Positions 12,087 to 23,791 are shown, counted from the first letter of the stretch. The stretch is DNA of 64,000 bases from Bacteroidota bacterium (GCA_016718875.1 JADKBL010000007.1:73680-137679), one strand, 5' to 3'. Translations and numbers: made by a program. Notes: a model not told the origin generated them from the sequence alone.

Positions 12087-13654
12087 CTAGTTATCTTTAA
12101 GACATCGTACGCTGAATCCTGGATATTTACCGTAGTCAAAATAGCTGAAAACCATTGTCCCATCGTACCCTAAGGACCAATATGTACCATTTATAGGGTC
12201 ATGCTCAGTAGCACTCCACCAGAATCCATTATCAATTATTTTATTGAATGTGCCATTGAAACTACGGGTTCCTCCTGGACGAGCAGAAAAACCACTTTCA
12301 TTTGTTGCTCCAGAATTAGGAAAGAGCCAGAGTGTTGTTCCGGCTTCTTTCAGTTTACCTCCAGCAATAAGGCTTTCATTCTCATTTACTTTTGTGGCGC
12401 CCGGATCAATAAAAAGTATCAAAGAACGAAAATCGCTGTCATTGGGGACATGCCAGCCTGTTGGACATAATTTGCCGGTATTGACTGCATACCAGTTATA
12501 TTGTGCTCCGTAAACATTTTTATTGGAAGAAAGATCATTACTGTACCAACAATAACCCGGAGTTATTAAAGCTGCCCAAGTGGCATCATCAATTACTTCG
12601 GGAATTGAAGTTCCATCATTATATTTTGTAGTCTTCAGGTTCTCAGCCATCCAGATCTGTGTGCCGATTTTAACTGTTTTGTAAGAATTGCCTTCAATAT
12701 CGGACACCAGATTAATTGTGCCATCAACAGCGATATCGCCTCCTACAACAAGGTCGTTTTGCAGGTTCAGTACACCTGTGATATTTACTGTATCAGGATT
12801 TGCAGTCATTAGGGTCTTTCTTTCAAGGTCCTGACTGATAGCTACAATATTAAAAGTTGAAGAGTTTTCAGAACTGTCTTTTCTGACAAAAACCATAGTG
12901 CTGTCCGGATTAACCAATAAATACTCTTCCGGATTCCCTTTTGAGTCAGCGAATCCGCCTATTGAAAAACCTCCCTTCTTACCTTTTGCAGGTGAGGGAT
13001 CAATATATGCCCTGATACTGTCATTATCAACTACAAACAGGTTCTGGGACGAAGATTTGGAATTTGCGAATCCTCCTATTGAGAAGCCACCCTTTTTCCC
13101 TTTATCACTATTGTCAACATATATCCTTACACCTTCATTGTAAACTGCAAAAACTGTCTGCCCGTCCTTGTTTTTGACTTCGAACAGGGCTTCCTCATCA
13201 TCAGTTGTTTCACCCGCGATAGACAATTTTGATATATTTCCGCTTAAACTGTTTGCTGCCATTGCATATGGGACACTCCATAATTTCGCAGTTCCCATTG
13301 TTTTCCATACCCCCCTGATAATATAACTGAGTTTTAAGAAAGGCATAGAATGACGACCAGTTTATTTCACTGAATGATGTTACAATTGAAGCTGGCTGCA
13401 TTGAACCGGTACCGATTACAATTGAGAACATTCCTGAGCCATTTGTTTTTACTGAAGAGTGAAGTTCTTCCCATATTATTACAGGATTGACAGTATCGGA
13501 CAGAATTGTGAATTTAACCTGCAGATCCGAATTCCGGATAGGGTTTCCATTAGCATCGCCCGCAATAGCCTGGTAATTGAAGCCATCAGGAATTTGTGCT
13601 ATTACAAGGCTGGTTATTGACAATGCAAAAAACAAAACCAAGGTTTTTTTTCAT
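12087..13654 (-). pseudogene. Secreted protein with a C-terminal Fibrobacter-succinogenes-major-paralogous (FISUMP) domain; 2 frame breaks
   Basis: C-terminus: ..YKTVKIGTQIWMAENL..YNWYA...CPTGWHVPN..GFSARPGG..FWWSAT..VRCLKD. The N-terminal part (13210..13641) continues in another frame near 13340. An 8-nt T-run (on the plus strand) at ~13645 separates the ATG (13652..13654) from the signal peptide. Internal duplicated GKKGGFSIGGFA(N/D)SK modules. Confidence 0.75.
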
Positions 13655-13795
13655 TTTTCTGAATGTTTGGATTGTGTAAGGACTTTATACATTAAAGGTA
13701 TGAAAAACAAATGCAAGTCCATAATTTAATATTTTAATTCCCTGTTTACATAAGAGAACAAGTTGTAATTTATTGAAAATAAATATAATAATCAA

Positions 13796-13803
13796 TAATT
13801 TTG
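13796..13803 (+). promoter_or_regulatory. Candidate -7 box (TAATTTTG)
   Basis: TAnnTTTG match 30 nt upstream of the cold-shock gene ATG. Confidence 0.35.
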
Positions 13804-13833
13804 ATGTACCTTTAACTATTAAAATTTATCATT

Positions 13834-14025
13834 ATGAGTAAAGGAACAGTTAAGTTTTTTGATGCAGGCAGAGGCTTTGGATTTATAAAGGATTCAGAGT
13901 CAGGTGAGGAGTATTTTGTACATTCATCCGGATTAAGTGAAAATATTTCGGAGAACGATACAGTGACTTTTGATTTAAAGCAGGGCAAAAAAGGCTTGAA
14001 TGCCATAAATGTAAAGCTTGCTTAG
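13834..14025 (+). CDS. Cold-shock protein (CspA family)
   Basis: 63 aa. RNP1-like GFGFI and RNP2-like FVHSS motifs. Confidence 0.95.
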   Translation: MSKGTVKFFDAGRGFGFIKDSESGEEYFVHSSGLSENISENDTVTFDLKQGKKGLNAINVKLA

Positions 14026-14051
14026 TGTGTTTATAAGATTTATAAGGTTAG

Positions 14052-14077
14052 ATCCCGGCAAGACCGGGATTTTTTTT
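14052..14077 (+). terminator. Rho-independent terminator
   Basis: atcccgg-caaga-ccgggat stem-loop followed by T7. Confidence 0.7.
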
Positions 14078-14149
14078 AATTTCATTGAGGAAAAAGTATT
14101 TACACATGCTTAAGTTTGAAGGTTAATAATTGAACGTCAAAATAAAAAA

Positions 14150-15439
14150 ATGAAAAGATAAAAGTGATTATAGTGTTATTGATCTGTGTATCAATATTTT
14201 CATTGTACGGGCAGACAGAAAAACAGGGCAAATTCGGACCCGGGAATAAAATCTATTCCGGTGTAAACATACATTTTACAAAAGGTCATGAAACAGATCT
14301 TGATATGATCGCTGCAGCAGGATTCAAGATCATCAGGATGGATTTCGGATGGCAGATTACAGAGCGGGAAAAAGGTGTTTATAACTGGTCAGATTATGAT
14401 GAGCTGACAGCAAACCTGAGTAAACGCGGAATAAGAGCACTCTATATCCTTGATTATTCCAATTCGCTTTATGAAGAGCAAATTGAATCAAAGGATCCGA
14501 TATCAGGAAAGATAACAAAGTCGGTTGCTGCACCAAATGATCCGGAAAGTGTTGATGCTTTTGCAAAATGGGCAGCAGCTGCTGCTGTACATTTCAGAGG
14601 AAAAGATATTATCTGGGAAATATGGAATGAACCTAATATAAATTTCTGGAGGCCAGCACCTGATGTTATGCAATATAATAAGCTTGCTGCTGCAACCTGC
14701 AAAGCCATACGGAAAGTGGTTCCTGAGGCAATTATTATTGGTCCTGCCACCTCAGAGCTACCGGTACCATTCATAGAAGCATTCCTTGCATCCGGGATTA
14801 TTGAATATATTGATGCAGTAAGTGTACATCCAGAAGGTATTCTATGTCCCCTGAAACAGCTGTTGAAGATTACAAAAAAATCCGTGAATTAATAACCAGG
14901 TACACAACTGACGGCAAACCCGGAATTCCGATCATAAGCGGAGAGTGGGGCTATTCTTCTTCTTCAAAAGGGGTTGCATTGGAGACACAGGCGGCATATA
15001 TAGTGCGTATGCAACTTTCGAATTTACTTTATGGTATACCTTTTTCAATCTGGTATGACTGGAAAAATGACGGACCTGATCCCGAAGAGCATGAACATAA
15101 CTTTGGATCAGTTACAAATGACCTGAAGCCAAAACCTGCTATACTGCCATAAAAACTATGAATGAGCAATTCAGAGACTAAACTTTTCTGAAAAGAGCGG
15201 ATGTTAAAAGAGGCAATGATTATGTTCTTATTTTCAGAGATGAAAAAGGGAATACAAAGATTGCAGCATGGACATCAGAAGTGCCACATACTGTCATTTT
15301 GAAGGATGCTGATATTAAAGTTTTAAAAGTATCTGGTGTTGACTGGGCCGGCAATGAATTAAAAATAAAGGATGAACAGGGTAACCTTATTATTGATTTG
15401 AGTCCACTGCCTCAATATATTGCAGTTCCGGCAAGATAA
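14150..15439 (+). pseudogene. Clan GH-A glycoside hydrolase (GH5-like), 3-4 frame breaks
   Basis: IWEIWNEPN acid/base motif and GEWGYSS nucleophile region. Pieces are 14164..14892, 14844..15152 and 15182..15436. The ATG at 14150 joins the signal peptide if the following A-run gains one base. Confidence 0.7.
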
Positions 15440-15459
15440 TAGCAGGTTTTATCTAAGCA

Positions 15460-15589
15460 GCAGGATTATTATATGATCCTTAATGGGGGCGATTCAAAAG
15501 AAAAAGCCCTGCTGTCAGCTTTGCGATTATATGCAGGATTATTTCATGATCCTGAATAGGGGTGATTCAAAAGAAAAAGCCCTGCTATC
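15460..15589 (+). repeat. Two 57-nt direct repeats, 73 nt apart
   Basis: gcaggattatt.atgatcct.aat.gggg.gattcaaaagaaaaagccctgct.tc occurs at 15460..15516 and 15533..15589 with a few mismatches. Confidence 0.75.
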
Positions 15590-15623
15590 CGCCAGAGGGC
15601 GGATAGTCAGGGTTTTGTTTTTC
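15580..15623. terminator. Bidirectional hairpin terminator
   Basis: ccctgctatccgcc / ggcggata(t)gcaggg: a 14-bp stem with one bulge, flanked by an A-rich run on the left and ttttgtttttc on the right. Confidence 0.55.
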
Positions 15624-15658
15624 TTTCACTTATGAAAGCTGTCGCTTTCAACGCTTAT

Positions 15659-15702
15659 AAAAACAAAACCCTGTCGCTGAGGCGACAGGGCTTTTTCTTT
15701 TG
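15659..15702 (-). terminator. Terminator immediately 3' of tRNA-Pro (bidirectional hairpin)
   Basis: ccctgtcgc-tgag-gcgacaggg. On the minus strand it is followed by TTTTGTTTTT. Confidence 0.6.
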
Positions 15703-15777
<75 letters not shown>

Positions 15778-15849
15778 TACAAATTGAGAACGCAAAAGTA
15801 TTATAATTTTTTCAATTTCAAATAGTATTATATTTTTTCAGAGATTATT

Positions 15850-16794
15850 TTATTGCACTACTGTCTCTCTAAAATAATTTATTGTCCTGGCCAGTCCCTC
15901 TTCAAGCTCGATTTTAGGTGACCAGTTGAGTTCCCTTTTTGCAAGAGTTATATCAGGCTGCCTTTGCATAGGATCATCAGGAGGTAATGGCATCCTGACA
16001 ATTTTGGATTTTGAACCTGTTAGCTTAATAACCCTCTCTGCAAGTTCCAGTATTGTGAATTCATTGGGATTACCTATGTTCACCGGTCCTGTAAATTCAT
16101 CCCGGGTTGCCATCATCCTTATCATGCCTTCAACAAGATCGTCAACATACTGGAAACTGCGTGTCTGACGACCATCACCATAAATTGTGATGTCTTTATT
16201 CAGTAGAGCCTGGACAATGAAATTAGACACAACCCGGCCGTCATTTGGATGCATTCTTGGTCCATATGTGTTAAAGATCCTGATTATTTTGATTTTTACG
16301 TTGTTCTGCTTATGATAATTTACAAAGAGAGTTTCAGCTGATCGTTTGCCTTCATCATAGCAGGCTCTTTCACCAATCGGGTTAACATGACCCCAGTATG
16401 TTTCAACCTGAGGATGAACCTGCGGATCCCCATAAACCTCGCTGGTGGAAGCCTGAAGGATCTTTGCCCGGATCCGTTTTGCAAGCCCGAGCATGTTAAT
16501 GGCACCCATCACTGAGGTTTTTATAGTCTTGATTGCATTATACTGATAGTGAACAGGAGAAGCGGGACAGGCCAGATTATAAATCTCATCAACTTCAATG
16601 AAAAATGGCATCGTAACATCATGCCTTATGAGTTCAAAATATGGATTGTCGAGTAAATGCACAATGTTTTGTTTTTGACCCGTGAAGTAGTTGTCGAGAC
16701 AAACCACCTCATGTCCTTCTTTCAAAAGACGGTCGCAAAGATGTGATCCTACAAAACCGGCTCCCCCGGTTACCAATACTTTCTTTCTTATCAT
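15850..16794 (-). CDS. UDP-glucuronate decarboxylase (UDP-xylose synthase), SDR family
   Basis: [12 protein letters not shown] Rossmann motif, a YDEGKR catalytic region, and overall UXS-like sequence. Confidence 0.88.
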   Translation of the reverse strand: MIRKKVLVTGGAGFVGSHLCDRLLKEGHEVVCLDNYFTGQKQNIVHLLDNPYFELIRHDVTMPFFIEVDEIYNLACPASPVHYQYNAIKTIKTSVMGAINMLGLAKRIRAKILQASTSEVYGDPQVHPQVETYWGHVNPIGERACYDEGKRSAETLFVNYHKQNNVKIKIIRIFNTYGPRMHPNDGRVVSNFIVQALLNKDITIYGDGRQTRSFQYVDDLVEGMIRMMATRDEFTGPVNIGNPNEFTILELAERVIKLTGSKSKIVRMPLPPDDPMQRQPDITLAKRELNWSPKIELEEGLARTINYFRETVVQ

Positions 16795-16809
16795 TTCTGT
16801 TTCTAATAG

Positions 16810-18135
16810 TTATTTTGCAGTATCAATACCTATACAATAGTAACTGAAACCATAACGCTTCATTTCACTGCGGTCATAAATATTCCTTCCGTCGAAAACA
16901 ACAGGATTGACCATGAGTTTCTTCATTACTGCAAATTTGGGAAACTTAAATTCCGGCCATTCAGTAATAAGAGCCATGCAATCGGCATCAATAAGCGCCT
17001 CATACTGGTCATCAATGTATTTAATTGTATCCCCGAAGTGGTGTCTGGCTTCTTTCATTGCTACCGGATCGTAAGCTTTTACATGTGCGCCGGCTTCCAG
17101 AAGTTTATTGATTATTATAAGGGCAGGTGCTTCGCGCATATCATCAGTTTGTGGTTTGAATGAGAGACCCCAAACAGCAATGGTTTTTCCTTTCAGATCT
17201 CCGTTGAAATGTTTAAGGATCTTATTGAAGAGCACCATTTTCTGATCCTTGTTCACTTCTTCAACTGCTTTAAGTACTCTCAGTTCATATTTGTATTCAC
17301 CAGCAGTTTTTACAAGAGCCTGCACATCTTTAGGGAAGCACGAACCTCCGTACCCAATCCCAGGATAGATGAATTTGGTACCTATACGGGAATCCGATCC
17401 GATTCCCTTTCGAACCATATTGATATCAGCACCTACAATCTCACAAAGATTTGCAATATCATTCATAAAACTGATCTTGGTTGCAAGCATTGAATTTGCT
17501 GCATACTTTGTCATTTCAGCTGAAGTGATAGCCATGAAAATGACAGGATGTCCGTTAAGGGTGAAGGGTTTATATAAACTTTTCATAAGTTCCTCGGCCC
17601 GCGAACTGTTGAGGCCTATAACTATACGGTCTGGTTTAAGAAAGTCATCAATAGCTGCACCCTCTTTAAGGAATTCAGGATTGGAAGCAACATCGAATTC
17701 AATTGAGACTCCTCTTTTGTTCAATTCATCCTGTACAGCTTCCCTGACCTTTCCGGCTGTGCCTACCGGAACTGTACTCTTTGTTACGATAAGCAGATAA
17801 TCATTCATATGTCTTCCGCAGTCGCGTGCAACAGAAAGTACATATTTTAGGTCGGCACTTCCGTCTTCATCCGGAGGAGTACCTACTGCGATAAAAAGTA
17901 CTTCAGCATCAGGTATAGCATCTGCAATATTTGTTGTGAAGGTAAGGCGGCCTTTCTTTACGTTACGATGAACCATTTCTTCAAGTCCCGGTTCAAAGAT
18001 CGGAATGATTCCATTGTTAAGGTTATCTATTTTTTGTTTGTTTACGTCGATACAAACAACATCTATCCCGACTTCGGAAAAACAGGTTCCTGTTACAAGT
18101 CCAACATATCCGCTGTCAACAATTGCAATTTTCAT
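16810..18135 (-). CDS. ugd: UDP-glucose 6-dehydrogenase
   Basis: N-terminal GxGYVG fold (IVDSGYVGLV), catalytic GGSCFPKD, 441 aa. Confidence 0.92.
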   Translation of the reverse strand: MKIAIVDSGYVGLVTGTCFSEVGIDVVCIDVNKQKIDNLNNGIIPIFEPGLEEMVHRNVKKGRLTFTTNIADAIPDAEVLFIAVGTPPDEDGSADLKYVLSVARDCGRHMNDYLLIVTKSTVPVGTAGKVREAVQDELNKRGVSIEFDVASNPEFLKEGAAIDDFLKPDRIVIGLNSSRAEELMKSLYKPFTLNGHPVIFMAITSAEMTKYAANSMLATKISFMNDIANLCEIVGADINMVRKGIGSDSRIGTKFIYPGIGYGGSCFPKDVQALVKTAGEYKYELRVLKAVEEVNKDQKMVLFNKILKHFNGDLKGKTIAVWGLSFKPQTDDMREAPALIIINKLLEAGAHVKAYDPVAMKEARHHFGDTIKYIDDQYEALIDADCMALITEWPEFKFPKFAVMKKLMVNPVVFDGRNIYDRSEMKRYGFSYYCIGIDTAK

Positions 18136-18343
18136 AAAAATGACTTTTTATCTATATTTCAAATATAATTATTGTTTCTTGCTTTTCCACTGAGGAGTTT
18201 CAGTCTATCTTTTTATTGTTGCTGAACCACACTTTTTCCCTTTCTGGGTTGCAACATATGATTTTACTGAAAGCTGATCAATAAAAATTTCTCATGCCCT
18301 TCACATTAAGTTTTCACTTATTTACAGAAACAGGTGTAATAAT

Positions 18344-19330
18344 TTAGTTCCGGGCAGAAATAACTATGCCGCTGGCTGAAGTCCTGCCCTTGGTATTGAG
18401 CGATGTGGGTTTAGTTATTTCTTTTGGATCGAGATATATATGGATATAGTAAATTCCTTCTTTTGAAAATTTAAGAGGAATGTTGTATTTGTCTCCTGAT
18501 TTAAATTCAGATAATTCCCAGGCAGTATATCTGAGATACTGTTCATCTGTAAAATCAGCATAGCTGCTTAACCTTTTAATCTGGGCAGGAGTCATTGATT
18601 TTGGAGCTTTCTCGCGGTAAACAACCAAGTAGTAAGGATACTCATTACCCAAAGGTTTAACAGTAATTTTAAATGATTCATCAACTTTTACCTCCGATGG
18701 TATATTCTCAAATTCCAGATATCTGTCTATAAACTCTTCATAATATCTGAACTGGTTTTCTGACAGGAAATATCCAATACCAACATAATTGTGATATTTG
18801 TCGATAATGGTTTTTTTATGACCGTCGTTGGGAGCCCTCTCTGCCATGAAAGTTCCATGACCCTCTTTCATCATCGAGAGAATTGTTGAAGAAGAAATTT
18901 TGTACTCACCGGTAGTCCATTCCCCAAATGCATTCTCAGCAACATGGTCATATCCTCCTGCGGATGCATATCTCTGGTAGGGTTTTTCACCTGCCATGTT
19001 CCAGTGTCCCACATAATCATTCTTTGCAGCCTCTGCGCACATTTTGTTTGCTACCCTTGAGGCAAGAATATCCAGTTTTACCGGCTGAGCCCTGAATTTT
19101 TTCCTGCTGATATTTATAACATCAAGCTGGGCTATTTTTAGCCTCAGAGCTTCAATATTATCCTTATATTCAGATAGCCTTGTTTCACTTTCATTGAGTT
19201 TAATATACTCATCAATACCCTCAGATTTTGAACCTGATATCTGTTTCGGAAGAATTGAATGAGGGAGGCAGATCAGTATAATGATCAAGATCCCTAATAT
19301 TTTGATTGTCTTCCAGAGTTTCCTGAACAT
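18344..19330 (-). CDS. CAP/SCP (PR-1-like) domain protein with N-terminal membrane anchor
   Basis: TM helix, coiled coil, then a CAP-like core (..VGHWNMAGEKPYQRY..HVAENAF..). Confidence 0.6.
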   Translation of the reverse strand: MFRKLWKTIKILGILIIILICLPHSILPKQISGSKSEGIDEYIKLNESETRLSEYKDNIEALRLKIAQLDVINISRKKFRAQPVKLDILASRVANKMCAEAAKNDYVGHWNMAGEKPYQRYASAGGYDHVAENAFGEWTTGEYKISSSTILSMMKEGHGTFMAERAPNDGHKKTIIDKYHNYVGIGYFLSENQFRYYEEFIDRYLEFENIPSEVKVDESFKITVKPLGNEYPYYLVVYREKAPKSMTPAQIKRLSSYADFTDEQYLRYTAWELSEFKSGDKYNIPLKFSKEGIYYIHIYLDPKEITKPTSLNTKGRTSASGIVISARN

Positions 19331-19348
19331 AAGTTCTTCAGAGTTGTT

Positions 19349-19356
19349 TAACTTTG
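19349..19356 (+). promoter_or_regulatory. Candidate -7 box (TAACTTTG)
   Basis: TAnnTTTG match 52 nt upstream of the ATG at 19408. Confidence 0.3.
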
Positions 19357-19407
19357 TAAATAAACCAATAAATAATCAACAGGAAAGTTAAAATAAATTA
19401 ATTTACA

Positions 19408-19952
19408 ATGAGAAAAGAAAAGTATATATCATTTTTTGCACTGCTTTTGATTTCGGTATCATTAGTAGCTCAATCATCAGGATTTTACGATTTTAAAGTA
19501 AAAACTCTTGAGGGACAGGATTTTGATTTCAGTTCACTTAAAGGGAAAAAGGTTATGGTTGTGAATGTGGCATCAAAATGCGGACTCACTCCACAGTATA
19601 AGGATCTGGAGGAAGTGTATGAGAAGTACAAGTCTGATAATTTTGTGATTATCGGTTTCCTGCAAATAATTTCATGAACCAGGAGCCCGGTACAGCTGGT
19701 GAGATACGTAAATTCTGCAGCGATAATTACGGTGTGACTTTCCCGATCATGGAGAAAATCTCTGTTAAGGGTGATGATATGCATCCTGTTTACCAGTGGC
19801 TTACATCTAAGTCAAAGAATGGAGTAAAGGATTCGGATGTGAGCTGGAATTTCCAGAAGTACCTGATTGATGAGAAGGGTAATCTTATTGAAGTCATTCC
19901 TCCAAAGGAAAAACCAACATCCGATAAGGTTATCGCCTGGATTTCTGAGTAA
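19408..19952 (+). pseudogene. Glutathione peroxidase (Cys type), single frame break
   Basis: VASKCGLTPQY active site. The break is at ~19655; adding one C to 'ttcc' restores IIGFPANNFMNQEPG (the paralog at 44443 has ILGFPCNQFGNQEPG). Confidence 0.85.
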
Positions 19953-19978
19953 GAAATTATATTCTTAAAAATTAATTT

Positions 19979-20013
19979 AACCGCAAAGGGCTGAAATAGT
20001 GTTTTTTGCGGTT
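19979..20013. terminator. Hairpin between convergent genes
   Basis: aaccgcaaa ... tttgcggtt: 9-bp stem with a 17-nt loop and a T-rich tail. Confidence 0.45.
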
Positions 20014-20016
20014 ATT

Positions 20017-23000
20017 TTATATTTTTATCCCCATTACCATTATATCATCAATCTGGGGCAGTTTTCCTCTCCAGTTTTCAATCTCCTCGTCTAGTAACCG
20101 CCTCTGGTCATCCATGTTTTCCCTATGAATTGAAACCAGGAATTCCCTGAATTTCTGTGATTTATATTTTCTGGCTTTTGGGCCACCAAACTGGTCTGCG
20201 TATCCGTCAGAGAAGAGATAAATAATATCACCTTCGCGGCATTCAATGATATGGTTAGAAAAATCATTCTTTTCAGGGGAGTACCGTCCAATATCTATTT
20301 TATCAGCAGGGTAGATAATTATCTCTCCATCCCTGATCAGATAAAGAGGGTTGTGAGCAGCTGAGAACTGTAACATCTTAGTGTCCGGATTGAAAATGCA
20401 GAGTGCTATATCCATCCCGTCATAGGTCGTCAGCTCTCTTTCTCTTCCCTGGTGAAGTGATTCCTGTATACGTTCCCTGAGCAGATCAAGAATGGTTGAA
20501 GCCTTGCATATTTGCAGGGATTTGACAATATCATTCAGGGCACTTATACCAAGCATACTCATAAATGATCCGGGTACTCCATGTCCCGTACAATCACCAA
20601 CGGAAAAGAAAATGTGAGTGTTATTTTTTGCTATCCAGTAAAAATCACCGCTCACAATATCCCTGGGTTTATTAAGGATAAAGTACTCTCTGAGAATATT
20701 ATCTATAAGTCTTTTCGGAGGCAGTACAGCTGTCTGAATCCTGTAAGCATACCTGATGCTTGACTGGATTTCCTCTTTCTGGGCTTCAATCTGATCACGC
20801 TGCTCTTCGGCAATGTCTCTCTGAAGAGCTATTTCTGTCTTCTGTGACTCAAGTTCCCTGTTTTTATTCCTGATCTCCTCTGTCCGTTTTGCCACTTCCA
20901 TTTCAAGCTTTTCCTTATCCTTTTCAAGCTTGGATACCCTCTGTTTTATATACATATAAATTCCAATGACTACAAGAAGCAGCATTGTGGCAAGGAACCA
21001 CCACCTTTTCCAGAATGGGGGTCTTACAATAAATGAATATACTGAATCATCCGAAATGTGCCAGGTTTTATTATCTAAACTCACTTCAACCCTGAAGGAG
21101 TAATTACCCGGAGGAAGCTGAGAGTAGGTGAGAGTCTGATTTCGGTTAGAATATAGCCACTCCAGATCATATCCTTCAAGCTTATAGCGGTATGTCATTC
21201 CTTCGGGATTGCTGAACCATATTCCAGTATAGCCAAAGGTAAAATTGTTCTCATTATATCTAAACTTAATCCGGCCCTCATCTATTGGGTTATAAAACAG
21301 ATTACGCACTGAAAGAAAAACCCTTGGGATCTGGCCAATGAGTTTAAGATAATCGGGATTATAAATAATTATTCCGGTTTCAGTGCCTATCCAGATGTGA
21401 CCATCCTTATCAGTATAAACCGAGTTTAGTACCGGATACTGGTAGGCAAGACCAGAATTCTCTCCAAGTTCAAGCAATAATCCCTTATCAGGTTTATAGA
21501 ATGAGAATCCCCTTTTTGATATTACTACCAGGTTATTCAGTTTGTCAAAAACAATCGACTGTATCTGGTCAAATGTAATTCCGTCCTCTTTACCCAGAAC
21601 CTTTGTACTGTTTGATGTTATTCTGATTATACCTTTTTCTCCTGTATTGAACCAGGCATCGCCGCTGGAATCTGTTGCAACACTGTAAAGCTGAGAAAAC
21701 CTTACATTTTCATTTTTTATAAGAATAAGGCTGTCATTCAGTATGTAAGCAGGATATTTAAGTGATCCTGCAAGCCAGGTTCTACCTGAAATGTCTGTTT
21801 TTGTTTCATAAATGTAAGAATTCTGAAGTTCGGGATAAGAGAATTTCAGAAAAGCTGATTTTTCAAGATCATAGCAGGAGACTCCGCCCCCAAGTGTAGA
21901 GAGCCATACAAGGTTATCACTGCCTGATATGGAAATAACATTGTTATCATTTAACTGGCCGGGAGCTGTGAAGCTGGTAAACTCAAGACTCTCTGGATTT
22001 ATCCTGAAGGCTCCGCCTCCGTAAGTTCCCGCCCAGATAAAACCATTTTGATCAGAAAAGAGGGAAATAAAATTATCCTTAAGCCTAAGCCTGGTACTAA
22101 TGTTATCCCATTTGAACTGGCCTGTATTGTCCTGAATCCCCCGGAATAATCCGGCTTCACTCCCTACCCAAAGTCCATTGTTTTTGTCGTGTGTAATTCC
22201 ATATGCAGAAATAAACGGAGTTCCGGTACTTTTATTAAGAAATTCGAAAGCAGGAGGCAGTGCCTGAATAATACCCTGTTTTCCGCCAATCCATATGTTT
22301 TCCTCACTATCCTTAATAATTGTATTTATTCTGGCAGGTATCAGTCCCTCATTAAGCCTGATCTGGTGGTATAGAGGAATTCCGGGATTTGTAAGCTTCA
22401 GTTGTACCACACCTTGTTTTTCAGTACTGATCCAGAAATCATTTTCAAGGCTCATAGTAAATCCGGTAACAGGACCAAATTCCCAACCTTCAATAGGGCT
22501 GAAGATCTTTTTTTCAGTATCATATGCAGACAGTCCTTTTTCTTCAGTTCCTATCCAGAGACGTTCGTCGGAAGATGATTTCAGAACTCTCACAATATTG
22601 TCATTCAGGCCATCTTTCATTGAAATGACCTCACATTTCCAGTCTGAAATACGGGTTATACCATTATCAGTAGCCAGCCAGAAGATGCCTTTACTGTCCT
22701 TTTCAATATCATAAACATAGTTATCTGACAGACCCTCATCGCTGTCAATGTTGATAAGGTATCTGCCGTCATATCTGTATATGCCTTCTCCGAGTGTGGA
22801 AAAGATTATGACACCTGTGCTGTCAGTTTCGATATCTGTTATCTCAATACTTCCAAGACCCTCCTCCGGTTTGAATGGCCAGAATGTATTACCATCATAG
22901 CGAGTAATCCTGCCTGATTTGTGGCCAATCCACATTTCCCCACCGCCAACATCTTTAATAGCAGTTATACTGTTGTCAGACAACCCATCAGTGGTGGTGT

Positions 23001-23211
23001 ATTCTGTGTAGTTTATACCATCGAATCTGAATAATCCACGATCTGTTCCAAACCAGATCCAACCTTTTGGTGACTGGTATATTACTTCAACATTATACTC
23101 TTCTTTGCCCTTGAAAAGCTGGTGGGGTTTCAAAAAAGGGGTCTGTGCCGAAACTTCATTATTTATGAATAGCAACGCTGAAAGCATGAGAGAAGCAAGG
23201 GCTCTTTTCAT
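20017..23211 (-). CDS. Two-component-regulator propeller / Y_Y_Y / TM / coiled-coil / PP2C (SpoIIE-type) phosphatase
   Basis: Signal peptide. Long propeller region with repeated WIGT/WFGT blades. One TM helix (WWFLATMLLLVVIGIYMYI), a coiled coil, and a C-terminal SpoIIE/PP2C domain (SGDFYW..GDCTGHG..FSDGYADQFGG). Start taken at ATG 23211, 1 nt after the YceI stop. Confidence 0.85.
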   Translation of the reverse strand: MKRALASLMLSALLFINNEVSAQTPFLKPHQLFKGKEEYNVEVIYQSPKGWIWFGTDRGLFRFDGINYTEYTTTDGLSDNSITAIKDVGGGEMWIGHKSGRITRYDGNTFWPFKPEEGLGSIEITDIETDSTGVIIFSTLGEGIYRYDGRYLINIDSDEGLSDNYVYDIEKDSKGIFWLATDNGITRISDWKCEVISMKDGLNDNIVRVLKSSSDERLWIGTEEKGLSAYDTEKKIFSPIEGWEFGPVTGFTMSLENDFWISTEKQGVVQLKLTNPGIPLYHQIRLNEGLIPARINTIIKDSEENIWIGGKQGIIQALPPAFEFLNKSTGTPFISAYGITHDKNNGLWVGSEAGLFRGIQDNTGQFKWDNISTRLRLKDNFISLFSDQNGFIWAGTYGGGAFRINPESLEFTSFTAPGQLNDNNVISISGSDNLVWLSTLGGGVSCYDLEKSAFLKFSYPELQNSYIYETKTDISGRTWLAGSLKYPAYILNDSLILIKNENVRFSQLYSVATDSSGDAWFNTGEKGIIRITSNSTKVLGKEDGITFDQIQSIVFDKLNNLVVISKRGFSFYKPDKGLLLELGENSGLAYQYPVLNSVYTDKDGHIWIGTETGIIIYNPDYLKLIGQIPRVFLSVRNLFYNPIDEGRIKFRYNENNFTFGYTGIWFSNPEGMTYRYKLEGYDLEWLYSNRNQTLTYSQLPPGNYSFRVEVSLDNKTWHISDDSVYSFIVRPPFWKRWWFLATMLLLVVIGIYMYIKQRVSKLEKDKEKLEMEVAKRTEEIRNKNRELESQKTEIALQRDIAEEQRDQIEAQKEEIQSSIRYAYRIQTAVLPPKRLIDNILREYFILNKPRDIVSGDFYWIAKNNTHIFFSVGDCTGHGVPGSFMSMLGISALNDIVKSLQICKASTILDLLRERIQESLHQGRERELTTYDGMDIALCIFNPDTKMLQFSAAHNPLYLIRDGEIIIYPADKIDIGRYSPEKNDFSNHIIECREGDIIYLFSDGYADQFGGPKARKYKSQKFREFLVSIHRENMDDQRRLLDEEIENWRGKLPQIDDIMVMGIKI

Positions 23212-23212
23212 A

Positions 23213-23788
23213 TTACTTTTCAGATGAGGTAAGTGCAAAGTTGATTTCTACTTTTATTTCCTCAGCAATTTTCTGATTCAGTATTGAAGGAATACTGATA
23301 TCGTGATCAGCAAGAAAAACAGTAAAGTTAGCACTGACATCTATTTTTTTCTCACCAACAATGAGATCGCATCTTACAATTCTGTCATTTTCAACACCAT
23401 GAATATACATTTTCCCTTTGGCTCTTATTTTGTAAGTACCAGGAACAGAAAGATCAACCTCCTCAATTATTTTTCCCTTGAAGGTAGAGTTGGGGTATGT
23501 TTCTGTCTCCATGTAATCCTCATTAAAATGCGTTTTCTGAAGGCTGCTGTTAAAACCCTCGAAGGTTTTTGTCGGGATCAGGAAGGAGAATGACCTGTCT
23601 GTAAGGTTTATTGCTCCGGCAAGGCTCCTGCTCGATGCCTTTATTATTTCAAGAGGTGCGTCGGAAAGGAAGCTTGCCTGTCCGTTTCTGCAGGTATATA
23701 CACTACCCTTTTCCTGGAAGCTGCAGATTATAAACATTCCAAGAATAAATGATAGTGAAATGCTTTTTTCCCTTATTTTTTTAAGCAT
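23213..23788 (-). CDS. YceI-like (polyisoprenoid-binding) family protein
   Basis: Secreted 191-aa protein with a YceI-like pattern (..FNEDYMETETYPNSTFKG.. lipocalin-like barrel). Confidence 0.6.
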   Translation of the reverse strand: MLKKIREKSISLSFILGMFIICSFQEKGSVYTCRNGQASFLSDAPLEIIKASSRSLAGAINLTDRSFSFLIPTKTFEGFNSSLQKTHFNEDYMETETYPNSTFKGKIIEEVDLSVPGTYKIRAKGKMYIHGVENDRIVRCDLIVGEKKIDVSANFTVFLADHDISIPSILNQKIAEEIKVEINFALTSSEK

Positions 23789-23791
23789 CTG

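Noticed and set aside
15850-18135. The ugd and UDP-xylose synthase pair as part of a polysaccharide or O-antigen island.
   Set aside because: No glycosyltransferases, flippase or polymerase genes lie adjacent. The two genes alone do not define a locus.
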